Virus record (IMG/VR): IMGVR_UViG_3300021093_000072
Coordinates: 1-62,954 of that record
From: a virus
Lineage: Duplodnaviria; Caudoviricetes
Direction: 5' to 3' (one strand)
DNA: 62,954 bases
Shown here: piece after piece, positions 41,524 through 51,462 of the stretch
Layout: every line of letters starts with the position of its first letter
Position numbering within the stretch: position 1 is the stretch's first letter
Translations under genes and position numbers: made by a program
The notes under the pieces: model-generated
Seen by the model: only the letters and a program-made list of their open reading frames with translations
Told to the model about the DNA's origin: nothing
Database searches by the model: none

Positions 41524-43602
41524 ATGCCTGACCAAAGGATCAGCATTGACCACGGACGAGGGGTGGTATCAATTTTGGCGCCTGGAAATATCACCATCTT
41601 GGGTGCTCTGAAGAAGAGCCTGCCCGAGTCGGGTTTCTCATACGATCCAGGCTACGGATTCAGAATCATGTTCAAAGACCTGCCGTTTCTGGAGGCAGCC
41701 AGTAAGATGTGGGGGCTTGCGAGGGGAGACGCAGAAATGCTTCTAGAAGCATCCAAGATGTCCCACGAAGCTCATCAAGAGCCCGTCATCAAGGCCAGAC
41801 CATCAAGATCAAGACCATGGCATGTGGAGATTTACTTGTCAAGAGAAGCCCTTGATTCTGATATCCCAGGCAAGGCGGTTGCTGCTGTTGACAGTTCTTT
41901 CACCTCTCAAAACCCAAAATTGCAGCCTGCAAGGCAGTTTTTCAAAGATGACCAGTCGGGGATTTTTGGATGGAGGCTGGCTGGAAGCCTAAGCGAATAC
42001 TACAGAATGTTAACATCCCTAGAGTCTAGGGGTGTCAACACCGATACTGTCAGAAGTATTATTGAAAACCTAGCCGCCCGAGGTGTGATCTCTCAGGGAA
42101 GAGAGGAGGGAGTTCTTGAAGGCTTCCGAGAGTTCGATGACTTCAAGTTAAGAGCAGAGGAATTCCAACAGCGTTTTTTTGATGGCAAAAACATACCTGC
42201 TGACAGGAGAAGATTTGCACCAGAACAGATCAAAGGTATGGCTTTCCTATACGGAAATTCATCCGCCCTGCTTGGAGATGATGTTGGAGTGGGCAAGACC
42301 GTGCAGACCATCGTTGCTTCAGAAATGAGAAGGAGGCAGTCGGGAGGATCTGTGCTTTTCATCACGCAGCCCATCCTAGTTGACCAGATTAAAGATGAAA
42401 TCGAGAAGATCACTGGTCTAGATGATGCTCAGGTTTCGACCTCTTATAACACAAACTCTCCTTATCGAGTCCTTTCTTATAACCTGTTTGGAACACCAGG
42501 AACTAGAGAGAGTGCTACAAGGCTCCTGTCTGACCAGGCAAAAAATGGCATAATTAAGATTATGGTTCTTGATGAAGTTCACAATGTCAAGAATGGAGAT
42601 CCATCCAAGAGGGACAACTCAGGTGACTTCAAACACAAGGACAGTCACCAAACCTTTAATATTCAGGAGATCGCCAAACATGTTCCGTTCGTTTGGGGCG
42701 CTTCGGCAACCATCATTGGGAACACCCCCGTTGACATCTTTAACCAACTGAAGGCCGTGAACCATCCACTTGGTCGGATGCCATTCCAGGAGTTCAGGCT
42801 GCGGTTTGACCCGCGTTCGGAATCCATCGACGAACGCCTGATGTCAGCTGACGAACTCAAGGAAAGACTCATCCATTCTGGTGTGTATCTGCAGCGGTCT
42901 AAGGAGCAGATCAGACCAGACATGCCTCCCCTTTGGGTTGACAGCCGAGTGATTGATCTTGATGCTGCGCCAATGCCAGCGAATGCAACACAACAGAGAC
43001 AGGCAATCGCTAGCGCAAAGGCGCCATACACGGTGGCCATGATGATGGAGTTCATCAGGCTTGGAGAAAAGGTAGCAGCCTTCACAAGCTTCAAGAACGC
43101 ACTAGCTGACATCAAGAGAGGGATCGAGAGGGCTCTAGAACAGGAGGGAATTGCTGGCAGGGTGGCAAGCATCGAGGGTTCCCAGCCTGACAGGAAAGAT
43201 GTGATCAGGGATTTCAGAAACCCTGCATCAGACTACAGGGCAATCGTCATCAGCACCCCTGCCGGTGGTACTGGTCTTGACTTCCCGAACATACTGACCA
43301 AAGTGTTTGTTAATGACTTCGACTGGTCTGTGGCAAAAGACACACAGTCCCTAGGAAGGTTCCACCGTATAAACAGCCAAGAACCTGTGAATGTTACTTA
43401 CATGGTGGCTTCTGGGCCGGACTCAGAAAACTTTGAGAGACTAAATGCCAAGAAGCAGGTTGCTGACAGGTTAAGGGCACTTGATCAAGAAGAAGTTAAT
43501 CTTCTACATTCAGGAATTGATGGTTCTGATGAGCGCGTTAAGCAACTACGGCATGAGCGCCTACAACTGAACCGAGAAATTGAGAATTTAGATCGAGCGT
43601 AG
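41524..43602 (+). CDS. SNF2/SF2 helicase
   Basis: LLGDDVGVGKT, VLDEVH, SAT, GGTGLD, QSLGRFHRI. Confidence 0.9.
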   Translation: MPDQRISIDHGRGVVSILAPGNITILGALKKSLPESGFSYDPGYGFRIMFKDLPFLEAASKMWGLARGDAEMLLEASKMSHEAHQEPVIKARPSRSRPWHVEIYLSREALDSDIPGKAVAAVDSSFTSQNPKLQPARQFFKDDQSGIFGWRLAGSLSEYYRMLTSLESRGVNTDTVRSIIENLAARGVISQGREEGVLEGFREFDDFKLRAEEFQQRFFDGKNIPADRRRFAPEQIKGMAFLYGNSSALLGDDVGVGKTVQTIVASEMRRRQSGGSVLFITQPILVDQIKDEIEKITGLDDAQVSTSYNTNSPYRVLSYNLFGTPGTRESATRLLSDQAKNGIIKIMVLDEVHNVKNGDPSKRDNSGDFKHKDSHQTFNIQEIAKHVPFVWGASATIIGNTPVDIFNQLKAVNHPLGRMPFQEFRLRFDPRSESIDERLMSADELKERLIHSGVYLQRSKEQIRPDMPPLWVDSRVIDLDAAPMPANATQQRQAIASAKAPYTVAMMMEFIRLGEKVAAFTSFKNALADIKRGIERALEQEGIAGRVASIEGSQPDRKDVIRDFRNPASDYRAIVISTPAGGTGLDFPNILTKVFVNDFDWSVAKDTQSLGRFHRINSQEPVNVTYMVASGPDSENFERLNAKKQVADRLRALDQEEVNLLHSGIDGSDERVKQLRHERLQLNREIENLDRA

Positions 43603-43992
43603 GGCAGTTATCATTTTGAAAAGATTGCCCCAATGTCTAATCTTGGCAAGACCCGACAAACGCCTGTAGGTTTTTCTGTCTTCGCACTTTACCCTGTAAA
43701 ACCTATTCCTGACAATACCCTTGGGTGTTATTTCAACCACAGTGACCTCGCTAAGACCTTTGAGAGGACCACCTATGTGGACATGCATCTTTTTCTTCTT
43801 ATAATCGTGTATTCTTGGGTGCACAGCCACGGACGAAGCCACTTTCACCATTTGTGATGCGATTTTAGTCGTTGGCTTAACATGGTCACCTGACTTGACT
43901 AGACCATAAAAACCAAGTGACATCCATCCGCCAAAGGAAACGCCTACATCAGAGCGATGTAGGCGTTGGATAATTTCTGAATGCTCTTCCAT
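43588..43992 (-). CDS. Hypothetical protein
   Basis: 134-aa ORF. Confidence 0.5.
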   Translation of the reverse strand: MEEHSEIIQRLHRSDVGVSFGGWMSLGFYGLVKSGDHVKPTTKIASQMVKVASSVAVHPRIHDYKKKKMHVHIGGPLKGLSEVTVVEITPKGIVRNRFYRVKCEDRKTYRRLSGLAKIRHWGNLFKMITALRSI

Positions 43993-44017
43993 CCATTTAT
44001 TTACCGAGAATGATGGT

Positions 44018-45157
44018 CTAGCCCTTTATCATTCCTTTCAGCCTGCTGATAAAGCCACCATGCTTCGAGGCAGAAATGTTTTTCTCTTCAGTGGAAACAT
44101 CTGTCTGTGGAGTGGACAGGACTTGAGTCTGAACCATTTCTGGATCAATTGTTGCCACAGGGGTTGCCTGCGCCTCAATCATCGGCTTCTCCTGCGCCAC
44201 CTTAATTGATTCCTCAAGCTTTGCCTTGGCAGACGCCTCTAGCATCGCCTGCTTCTTACGAGCACATGCACTGCACCCTTGCTTGGGAGCATTTGCGGTT
44301 GGTGCTGGACCAGTTCCTGCAGTAACCTGCTGAGATTCCGCCATAATGACTTGGTCTCCAGCTATACTCCTGCCCAAGTTTATAAGGGCATTCTTGCTCC
44401 TCATGGCATGAACTATTGCAGGGTTGACCAAGCTAGTCTCTCCCGACATGTAGTTCACCAACTTCCAAGGATTGCCGTCAGGAATCTTGTCGGAAAGGGC
44501 GCCAGTCCATTCGGTACCCCACATGTGTAACCACCTTTCGGCAAATCTTGCAGAATGGTCTTCTGTGAACATGTGGGTCATGACTGCAATCGAAACCTCC
44601 TCTGGGAAGACGTGACCACGCTTCCTTGCGAACTCATGGAACTCATGAGCAACCCTCTTGGATGTTTCTGCGAATTCCGAAGTTACTCCCCAAAAGCCTC
44701 CGTTAGAGTTCCTGATCTCACCCTGCATCACGCCAAAATCTCTGCACATGCTGATGAATTCTGCATTGGGACAACTCCACCAGTCTCCCCTGCGGGTGTG
44801 CTGGGTGTTCATTGGCCCCTCAAGAAAACTGTGCCACGGACCATGATCAAACAACTTGGGAAGCAAGTCAGAAACATTACGAACCACGTAATGGTCTGAA
44901 TCTATGAAGACTAGATTCTTCCCCGGCCCTTTAGCCATATGCTTGCACAGGTACTCAAATTTCCAGAACTGAAGTTGATCTAGCTCAATTGAGCTATCAA
45001 GGGGACGATATTCTGCATCCTTGATTGGCTTGTCCGCAAAAGCAACTATTCTGCCTTTGAACCCAGTCCTTCGCAGGCTAGACACAAGCGATTGGAGCAT
45101 GAACGAGTATTCGCCCCAAGCAACACTCCAAACTATAAGTTCTCTCTCTTTAGACAT
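44018..45157 (-). CDS. Glycosyltransferase-like protein (GT-A fold)
   Basis: WKFEYL, VFIDSD (DxD), NGGFW; CSAC motif in C-terminal tail. Confidence 0.6.
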   Translation of the reverse strand: MSKERELIVWSVAWGEYSFMLQSLVSSLRRTGFKGRIVAFADKPIKDAEYRPLDSSIELDQLQFWKFEYLCKHMAKGPGKNLVFIDSDHYVVRNVSDLLPKLFDHGPWHSFLEGPMNTQHTRRGDWWSCPNAEFISMCRDFGVMQGEIRNSNGGFWGVTSEFAETSKRVAHEFHEFARKRGHVFPEEVSIAVMTHMFTEDHSARFAERWLHMWGTEWTGALSDKIPDGNPWKLVNYMSGETSLVNPAIVHAMRSKNALINLGRSIAGDQVIMAESQQVTAGTGPAPTANAPKQGCSACARKKQAMLEASAKAKLEESIKVAQEKPMIEAQATPVATIDPEMVQTQVLSTPQTDVSTEEKNISASKHGGFISRLKGMIKG

Positions 45158-46191
45158 TAGCGCACCTCAGAAACATTTGCTATCATTGAAATCCAATCAC
45201 GACGTGCTTCATTTTCGTCGCACCAAATACGTAGCGCACATTCGCGTGCCAAGGCACCCATCCGCCATCTGTTGTCTGGCTGATGCAGATACTCTAGAGC
45301 TCCACGCATGTCGTCAAGATCTTCAACAAGGAAGCCAGTGCGGGTGTGCCACACCATGTTGGTGAAATTCCACTTTGGTGGGGCTATAACTGGCATACCA
45401 GAAAGTTGCGCCTCGACAACGGCACGAGACTGGTTTTCGATGTAAGAGAATGAGCCATTGTAGACAAAAACATCAACTCCCGCAAGCCAGTCACTTACTG
45501 GAATTTCGCACGGCTTTCTCAACTTCCACCGCGAGTCAAAATCATGCCACTTGTATTGTGCAGCAACCTCATCGCTCCACCCCATTAGGTCATACTTCCA
45601 CAGAGGTGCAGCAGACTGCCAAAGCACTGGTAAATCACAGGAAAATTTTGCAGTGTCTGGACGGCTAACCTTGCCCATGACGGGCTGCCTATCTGGTCTA
45701 ACTATCATCGGCCAGTGGTGAGAATCTATGTAATTCTTCAGTATGCGTATTGGTTGAGTTGGTCGTGCTGCTGCGACCTCTGCATGCATCTTTTGAGCGT
45801 GGAACTGACTAGTGTAGAGAACCATATCCACCATACCCTGGCGGATACCGACCAATTCTGCCTCTGTGTGCCACATCATGTCGTTGGCCCATATGAACTT
45901 AAGGCCACGAGATTTTATGCTGCGTAGACGATCTTTATCAGAGAAGAGCCTGAAATTGCAGCACGAAAATGCGAACCCATCGCACTTTTCGGGGAGTTGA
46001 TCATGGGTGCAATACTTTACCCCTAGATAGTCCATCCAGTCTGTCCAGTTTTTTTCTGACAATCTGAATTCATCATTAGGAACAACTGTAATGGCGTAAT
46101 CTTTTGCACACATAGAGACTATGTCCCTCATGCGAGTGTCCGCACCTCCTAGATCTGACGGCCACTGAAATATGTAAAGTGATGGTTTCAT
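45157..46191 (-). CDS. GT-B (GT4-like) glycosyltransferase
   Basis: LGGADT, DVFVY...ENQSRAVVEAQLSGMPVIA, TGFLV. Confidence 0.8.
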   Translation of the reverse strand: MKPSLYIFQWPSDLGGADTRMRDIVSMCAKDYAITVVPNDEFRLSEKNWTDWMDYLGVKYCTHDQLPEKCDGFAFSCCNFRLFSDKDRLRSIKSRGLKFIWANDMMWHTEAELVGIRQGMVDMVLYTSQFHAQKMHAEVAAARPTQPIRILKNYIDSHHWPMIVRPDRQPVMGKVSRPDTAKFSCDLPVLWQSAAPLWKYDLMGWSDEVAAQYKWHDFDSRWKLRKPCEIPVSDWLAGVDVFVYNGSFSYIENQSRAVVEAQLSGMPVIAPPKWNFTNMVWHTRTGFLVEDLDDMRGALEYLHQPDNRWRMGALARECALRIWCDENEARRDWISMIANVSEVR

Positions 46192-46487
46192 GATGCTTTT
46201 TTTACCTGATGTGAATTCATGGCAGACCATAGGCTGACATCCGACGCAGACACCAACTCTAGTCTACCACCATGCTTTATCGGCTTGAGATTGCGTTTAC
46301 TCATAGGGGGCATCTATTTAACTTGAACTACAGATTTAGATTGGTAGCCAACTCGAACGGGGTTCTTATCTTTCCAAAAAAGCGTATCTGGTTTATGATT
46401 TCTTCGGTAGAAACTGACTTTTGTCCCATGACTTTCTCCTTCTATGGAAATTCCACATGAGGAGTATATAGCTTATTAGTAGGAAAG

Positions 46488-46961
46488 TCAAGAACGACAA
46501 TCAAGATCGTCCACAGATCCTATAATCCTCTTGAGATTGTTCTTGAGAATGCGCTCTAGGCGCAATCTGGCTGTGTCGGCGGCTCCCTCGGCCTCTGGCT
46601 GGGTCAGATACTGCCCTATGGTTCTGTAATGGCTGTCTATATTGATATAGACATCCCAGACTTTTATCTTCCTGTTAGGAGATATCCCAGGGCCAACCAC
46701 GCCAAGGATGTCTGGATACTCCGCCCTCTTCTCTATAAATGTGGAGAATATTGGGTCACATCTGCAATATAGAGGATCAACCTGCCTATTGTCTTCTTCA
46801 TGAGCAAGCATCATGCACCACTCCACATCGGTCAATTCATTTATTGACTTAGTCAGTATCTGACGACGGCGCTGCTCTCGAGTTGGCTTTTTGCTGTTAT
46901 TTTTATTTTCATCCATTGTGGTTTTCTCGCATGACCAATCATACGCTCGAAGGAATCTCAT
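46488..46961 (-). CDS. Hypothetical protein
   Basis: 157-aa ORF. Confidence 0.5.
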   Translation of the reverse strand: MRFLRAYDWSCEKTTMDENKNNSKKPTREQRRRQILTKSINELTDVEWCMMLAHEEDNRQVDPLYCRCDPIFSTFIEKRAEYPDILGVVGPGISPNRKIKVWDVYINIDSHYRTIGQYLTQPEAEGAADTARLRLERILKNNLKRIIGSVDDLDCRS

Positions 46962-46984
46962 TACGACGATAGGAACAAGATCAT

Positions 46985-47191
46985 GTGAGCAACGAAAATC
47001 TACGAGAAATTTTCTACCAAAATGTTCTGAACATCCTGTCGAACAAGGGCAACTGGGCCGACTTCAACAAGCACTACAACCTTTGGCTCCAGGTGAAAAA
47101 AATGGAGCAACTTAAAAGACCATCATTCGTGGATGGCAGCATCGATGTGCCCGAGCCCGACCCAGACGATTACCCTCTTATTAATCCCTAA
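46985..47191 (+). CDS. Hypothetical protein
   Basis: 68-aa ORF. Confidence 0.45.
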   Translation: MSNENLREIFYQNVLNILSNKGNWADFNKHYNLWLQVKKMEQLKRPSFVDGSIDVPEPDPDDYPLINP

Positions 47192-47900
47192 GGATGCTTC
47201 GGGCCGTCTTAGATGCGAACACAGATCTGTAAGCCTTCAAATGCGGAGTAACCATGCGACGCAGGTAGGCCCTCTCTCTGCATGTGTTCTGATTGGAAGG
47301 GTCGTCGACCCATGGAACCCCAGCCTTCGTGACGAAATCATCGATCACATCTCTGTCAAAATCTAGCATTGGACGAACGACAGGGGATTTGAACATAAAA
47401 GACCTACGTTCGATGAATCTGCTCGTAGAGATTGGAGATCCACGAGCTAACCTCATCAGCACGGTCTCCAGCATGTCATCAGCATGGTGCGCAGTGAGCA
47501 CTTCTCCACCAAAATTGTCGGCTTCTGCAGAGAGGGCTTCATATCTAACCATCCTGCCCTGCTCGTAAACATTACCTGTCTTTGGAACAATAACGCTCCT
47601 GCTGACAAATTCAAAGCCAAGCGCCCAAGCCTGTATCCTAGCGGTCGCTTCGTCTATATGTGCGTCCGGCCGAAGACCATGATTCACATGACACATACAC
47701 ACTTGGGATGGATGGTCGACGATGATTCTGAGTGCGACCGATAGAGCTAACGAGTCCCTGCCTCCACTTGCTCCAACAATGTACCTGCCAACGCTAGATG
47801 TATGTTTCCTAACACCAGCAACCAGTTCGTGTCTCCTTAGATCTGGAACATCTGCCTTAAGATCAAAGAGGATTGGTACGTGTAAATCGGGAATAAACAT
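47181..47900 (-). CDS. tilS: tRNA(Ile)-lysidine synthase (catalytic PP-loop domain only)
   Basis: SGGRDS, HVNHGLR, R..RY, TAHHADD..ET.L.RL.RG, RPML, DDPSN. Confidence 0.88.
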   Translation of the reverse strand: MFIPDLHVPILFDLKADVPDLRRHELVAGVRKHTSSVGRYIVGASGGRDSLALSVALRIIVDHPSQVCMCHVNHGLRPDAHIDEATARIQAWALGFEFVSRSVIVPKTGNVYEQGRMVRYEALSAEADNFGGEVLTAHHADDMLETVLMRLARGSPISTSRFIERRSFMFKSPVVRPMLDFDRDVIDDFVTKAGVPWVDDPSNQNTCRERAYLRRMVTPHLKAYRSVFASKTARSILRD

Positions 47901-47927
47901 TGGTAGGTTTACGAAAGGAAGAAGATA

Positions 47928-48704
47928 GTGTCAAAACTGGTCAAATACTCTCGTGCACAATGGATAAAAGATGGTATGGATTTGGGGATAGTGATTTCTC
48001 ATGCGGACACTCCCAAAAAGTTCATGACAAAAATCGCCCAGAGCAAAGATCAATTTATTTCTCTGTGCGATATCTACAATATAGATCCCGATGCACTGAT
48101 GGACGCCCATCGCAGGCGCGGTGTTCTTGAAAACCATAAGTCTGCTAAAGCAATCATACGACGTCTCGGGGCCACCCCCCGCAGGGAAGATTTGGAAAAA
48201 TTCATGGAGACAGCCGCTGTCCTTGAGAAGGTTGCCTTCTTGGGGTCAATAGGACAGGGAATTGGGTGGTTGGCAACATTTGGACTGGGCAGACTGCTGA
48301 AGTGGGGAGCGGGTATTGGACTTGTTGCAGCCCTCATCTACTATCTTGGCAAGGCTGGCTTTTTCGGAAAACCAGCCAAAGTCGATCCAAAGATGATCGA
48401 TGCGGCACGCTCGGCTGGCATACCGAACCCCGAAAAAGTGATGCCATATGCGGCAAATCTGAATCACGGGGAAAATCTGGACGCCCTGAAAAAATTGCAT
48501 GCTGCCATGTGCAAGAAGAGCGGAAGATGCAAAGACAACGGTTCCATAAACACGATAATGAATGTTTTAAGACGCAAAGACGAAACCATCAGCCCCTGGG
48601 CGGTCGCAGGAGCTGCCGCTGGAACTGCAGGAATTGCAGGACAACTTGTCGGCGGCGTCACCGACGTCGTAAAGAGCGTTGCTAGTTTCGCCACCAAAAA
48701 ATAG
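47928..48704 (+). CDS. Hypothetical membrane protein
   Basis: Hydrophobic Gly-rich segments; KIAQ and EKVAF motifs. Confidence 0.65.
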   Translation: MSKLVKYSRAQWIKDGMDLGIVISHADTPKKFMTKIAQSKDQFISLCDIYNIDPDALMDAHRRRGVLENHKSAKAIIRRLGATPRREDLEKFMETAAVLEKVAFLGSIGQGIGWLATFGLGRLLKWGAGIGLVAALIYYLGKAGFFGKPAKVDPKMIDAARSAGIPNPEKVMPYAANLNHGENLDALKKLHAAMCKKSGRCKDNGSINTIMNVLRRKDETISPWAVAGAAAGTAGIAGQLVGGVTDVVKSVASFATKK

Positions 48705-48712
48705 CATCCAGA

Positions 48713-49096
48713 ATGAGCAGACCACCAAGCAACTGGCACCAAAGAAGTAAAACGTGCTCTCTCGAGGGCAGAAATGTGTCAGGAAAAAACAAACTAGGCG
48801 TTGAAGAGCACGGCAAGTGCACATCTTGCTGGAGAGACGGCTTTGGAACCATGTTTGCTAGAATACAGACCAAATCAGGCTCTGCCGATGTCTATGCGTC
48901 AACCTGCAGAACACATGCAGAACCAGAGAAGAAAACATTTCAAGGGAAGACTGTCGAATACAACTTTGCAGGCAGAAGATATGATGGCAAAGTCATCGAA
49001 GCTGGTAGATCTATGGCTACTGTCGAGCATTTTGACCCCATGACAGGACATAAAAAGTTAGTTAGGGTTCCCCGCAGTCATATACTTGATTCATGA
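48713..49096 (+). CDS. Hypothetical protein (possible Zn-binding plus SH3-like)
   Basis: CTSC...C..H motif. Confidence 0.55.
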   Translation: MSRPPSNWHQRSKTCSLEGRNVSGKNKLGVEEHGKCTSCWRDGFGTMFARIQTKSGSADVYASTCRTHAEPEKKTFQGKTVEYNFAGRRYDGKVIEAGRSMATVEHFDPMTGHKKLVRVPRSHILDS

Positions 49097-49578
49097 GAGC
49101 AAAAGCAGTCTGGTGTGACCATGACATGGCAAGAGATCTTGTCATCTGGTCAGATGGCCCCATGGGAAAATCTACCGCACTACTTGCTCTGATTGCAAAA
49201 TTTGAGTCTTGTGTTTCTGCTTCATCTTGGGGCAGTGACGACCTATGGAAACTGAAACCACTGCATGCCCCAACAGCATCGCATGTGAGAATGATGAAAC
49301 CAGTGGACACACTCATGTGGTATCCTCCTATGCGACTAGGGGCATGTCCGATCGATGTACCATCGTCGGTTTGGTATATAGACTCCATGCTGCAGGAGAT
49401 CAGAGCATCAAAGCAATGCGTGGTCGTGATTGACGATGCTGATCTCTTTGGGCGTACCACGGAATGCCTGCGAAAGATCCAAGATGCATGCAAAGACGGC
49501 GGCAGCCAGATGATAGCCTCTGTGAGAAACAGACCGCCATCCGATGGAGACTGGCAAATACATAAGATGGTTGACTGA
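49093..49578 (+). CDS. Degenerate P-loop-like protein
   Basis: GPMGKST and VVVIDDAD. Confidence 0.5.
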   Translation: MRAKAVWCDHDMARDLVIWSDGPMGKSTALLALIAKFESCVSASSWGSDDLWKLKPLHAPTASHVRMMKPVDTLMWYPPMRLGACPIDVPSSVWYIDSMLQEIRASKQCVVVIDDADLFGRTTECLRKIQDACKDGGSQMIASVRNRPPSDGDWQIHKMVD

Positions 49579-50469
49579 TCAGGGATTGATCAAGTTATTA
49601 GGATCTGGGTCGAGGCCTTTCGACTCCTCGTCTTTTAAATGTTCAGAGGAAAGATATGCAACTGCATGCTTCTTCATCTTCTCGATTTGACCAGGAGTGA
49701 AGGACCTGCCTCCGAATCTTGCATAGGTCATAATGTTCATCTTATTTGGGTCATCATCAGAGCCTAGCAATATCAGCGAACTTGGCCCCTGAGGGGTATC
49801 GTCCACATTATCTCCGCTGTCATTAAAGGTATGCTGAAGACCAAAATGATGTCCCATTTCGTGACTTAAAACCTGAGGAAGATCAGTGCTGCCAGATATC
49901 CAAATTTGTCCGCATTTGTCATTCCCAACTTCAGCAATCCCGGCGAGGCCAAGGCCTATACCTAGCAGGTAATTTATATCGATCAGCTTTTTGTTATCTA
50001 CACCTTTCATTGGTCTCTTGAGAACCTGCTGAATGATGTTACCTTCCTCTGCCTTTCGCACTGCCTGCAGGGCGATGGAAGAGTGAGGATCAAAAGGCAC
50101 CTCTTCAACAGACCAGTCAAACTCCTTGACAACGAACACGATGCCCGAAGCAGCAAAGTCCTCATTCAGCCCCCTTAGATCGTCCATAATATTTTTCAGT
50201 GACCTCGCTTCGACACGCTCAACGGTTCCATCTGGCCTCTGCCATTTGACCACCTGAACACGGATACTGACACCGAATGTTGCACTCTTGCCATGCTTCC
50301 ACTTCTCCAAAATGGAATAAGCAGATTTCTGCCATTCATCAAACGAAGCGACCCTAGTTTGTATCGAGTCGTCTGCAGGGGTGTTATTTTTGGTGGACGT
50401 AGCCCCTAGGACTGCAAAGGCGGCGAATAGTGTCGTCGCCAAACGATTGGTTTGGCGTGAATAACTCAT
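49579..50469 (-). CDS. M43 (pappalysin/ulilysin-like) zinc metalloprotease
   Basis: HEMGHHFGLQHTF, V.DTP, NIMTY, FTPGQ..KM. Confidence 0.85.
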   Translation of the reverse strand: MSYSRQTNRLATTLFAAFAVLGATSTKNNTPADDSIQTRVASFDEWQKSAYSILEKWKHGKSATFGVSIRVQVVKWQRPDGTVERVEARSLKNIMDDLRGLNEDFAASGIVFVVKEFDWSVEEVPFDPHSSIALQAVRKAEEGNIIQQVLKRPMKGVDNKKLIDINYLLGIGLGLAGIAEVGNDKCGQIWISGSTDLPQVLSHEMGHHFGLQHTFNDSGDNVDDTPQGPSSLILLGSDDDPNKMNIMTYARFGGRSFTPGQIEKMKKHAVAYLSSEHLKDEESKGLDPDPNNLINP

Positions 50470-50475
50470 ACATAA

Positions 50476-51462
50476 TCAATACAAACATTTTAAACCAATT
50501 CCTTCGTCATAAGTGCTTAATACGCAGTTATTTATGCAAGAATGTGCCGAAAACAACTTGGTAGTTTTTGAGGAATTGCCCGCCTTCTTCAGCAACATGC
50601 GAACACCATGTGCATAAGCTTTAGGATCATTTTTAACGCACCACATACATGGTGACACATCATGTGTGGCCCCAAGTATGAACATGTTTGCTTCATCATG
50701 ACACAGTTCACAATGGTCAAATTTGAAGTGCCTTTCAATCCAGTCCGCAGGAACAGGATGCGTTCTTCTAGTGCTCTTTGCGATGATCTCGATAAGATAT
50801 TCTGCATCATCGCCAATCATGGAGTGCAGAAGTTCGCTAGGCGATGTATCGTGAAACAAAATACGCGAGTAACCGCCAACTTGTCGATAGATACGCGAGT
50901 AACCGCCAACCCACCGAAAACCATCTTCCGACTTAACATGGGTAACGCATCGACTCAACATTAGTGACAGTCTGATGTCGTCTTTGTGTGTGACAGCATA
51001 GGCAAGCGCCACAGCAGCACTAAAAGAAAAACTGCGAGACCGCCAATTTAAAAACTTCAGGTGTTTTTGCATCATCGGAAGATATGGCAAAAGCTCGTGG
51101 CTCATCAGCGGAACCATTGGTCTTATGTACCTGATTAACTTAGATGCCACAACCTTATAAAGAAATGGCTTTTTCCATTCTGGAATGTCAAATTTTGATT
51201 GCGCACTCATAGATGACAGAACCATGCTGCCTAGCATCATAGAAAAAGACCAAGGATCACATCCTGGCCAAAATTCCCCACAATTGCTTGATAAATGCCA
51301 CCCAAGAGGGTCGTGCCCTTCTAGTGGTCTAGAAAGATGGAATCGGACTATGCCGCTATGATGACCACAAAACTCAAGTACAAAATCATCACCGTGTCTT
51401 GATATGGATAAGTTAGGAACCTTGAACTTGTGCCCTGAGTTAGCATTCACGGGACGGGACAC
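50476..51462 (-). CDS. Hypothetical protein (20-bp direct repeat at 50861 and 50891)
   Basis: 328-aa ORF. Confidence 0.6.
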   Translation of the reverse strand: MSRPVNANSGHKFKVPNLSISRHGDDFVLEFCGHHSGIVRFHLSRPLEGHDPLGWHLSSNCGEFWPGCDPWSFSMMLGSMVLSSMSAQSKFDIPEWKKPFLYKVVASKLIRYIRPMVPLMSHELLPYLPMMQKHLKFLNWRSRSFSFSAAVALAYAVTHKDDIRLSLMLSRCVTHVKSEDGFRWVGGYSRIYRQVGGYSRILFHDTSPSELLHSMIGDDAEYLIEIIAKSTRRTHPVPADWIERHFKFDHCELCHDEANMFILGATHDVSPCMWCVKNDPKAYAHGVRMLLKKAGNSSKTTKLFSAHSCINNCVLSTYDEGIGLKCLY

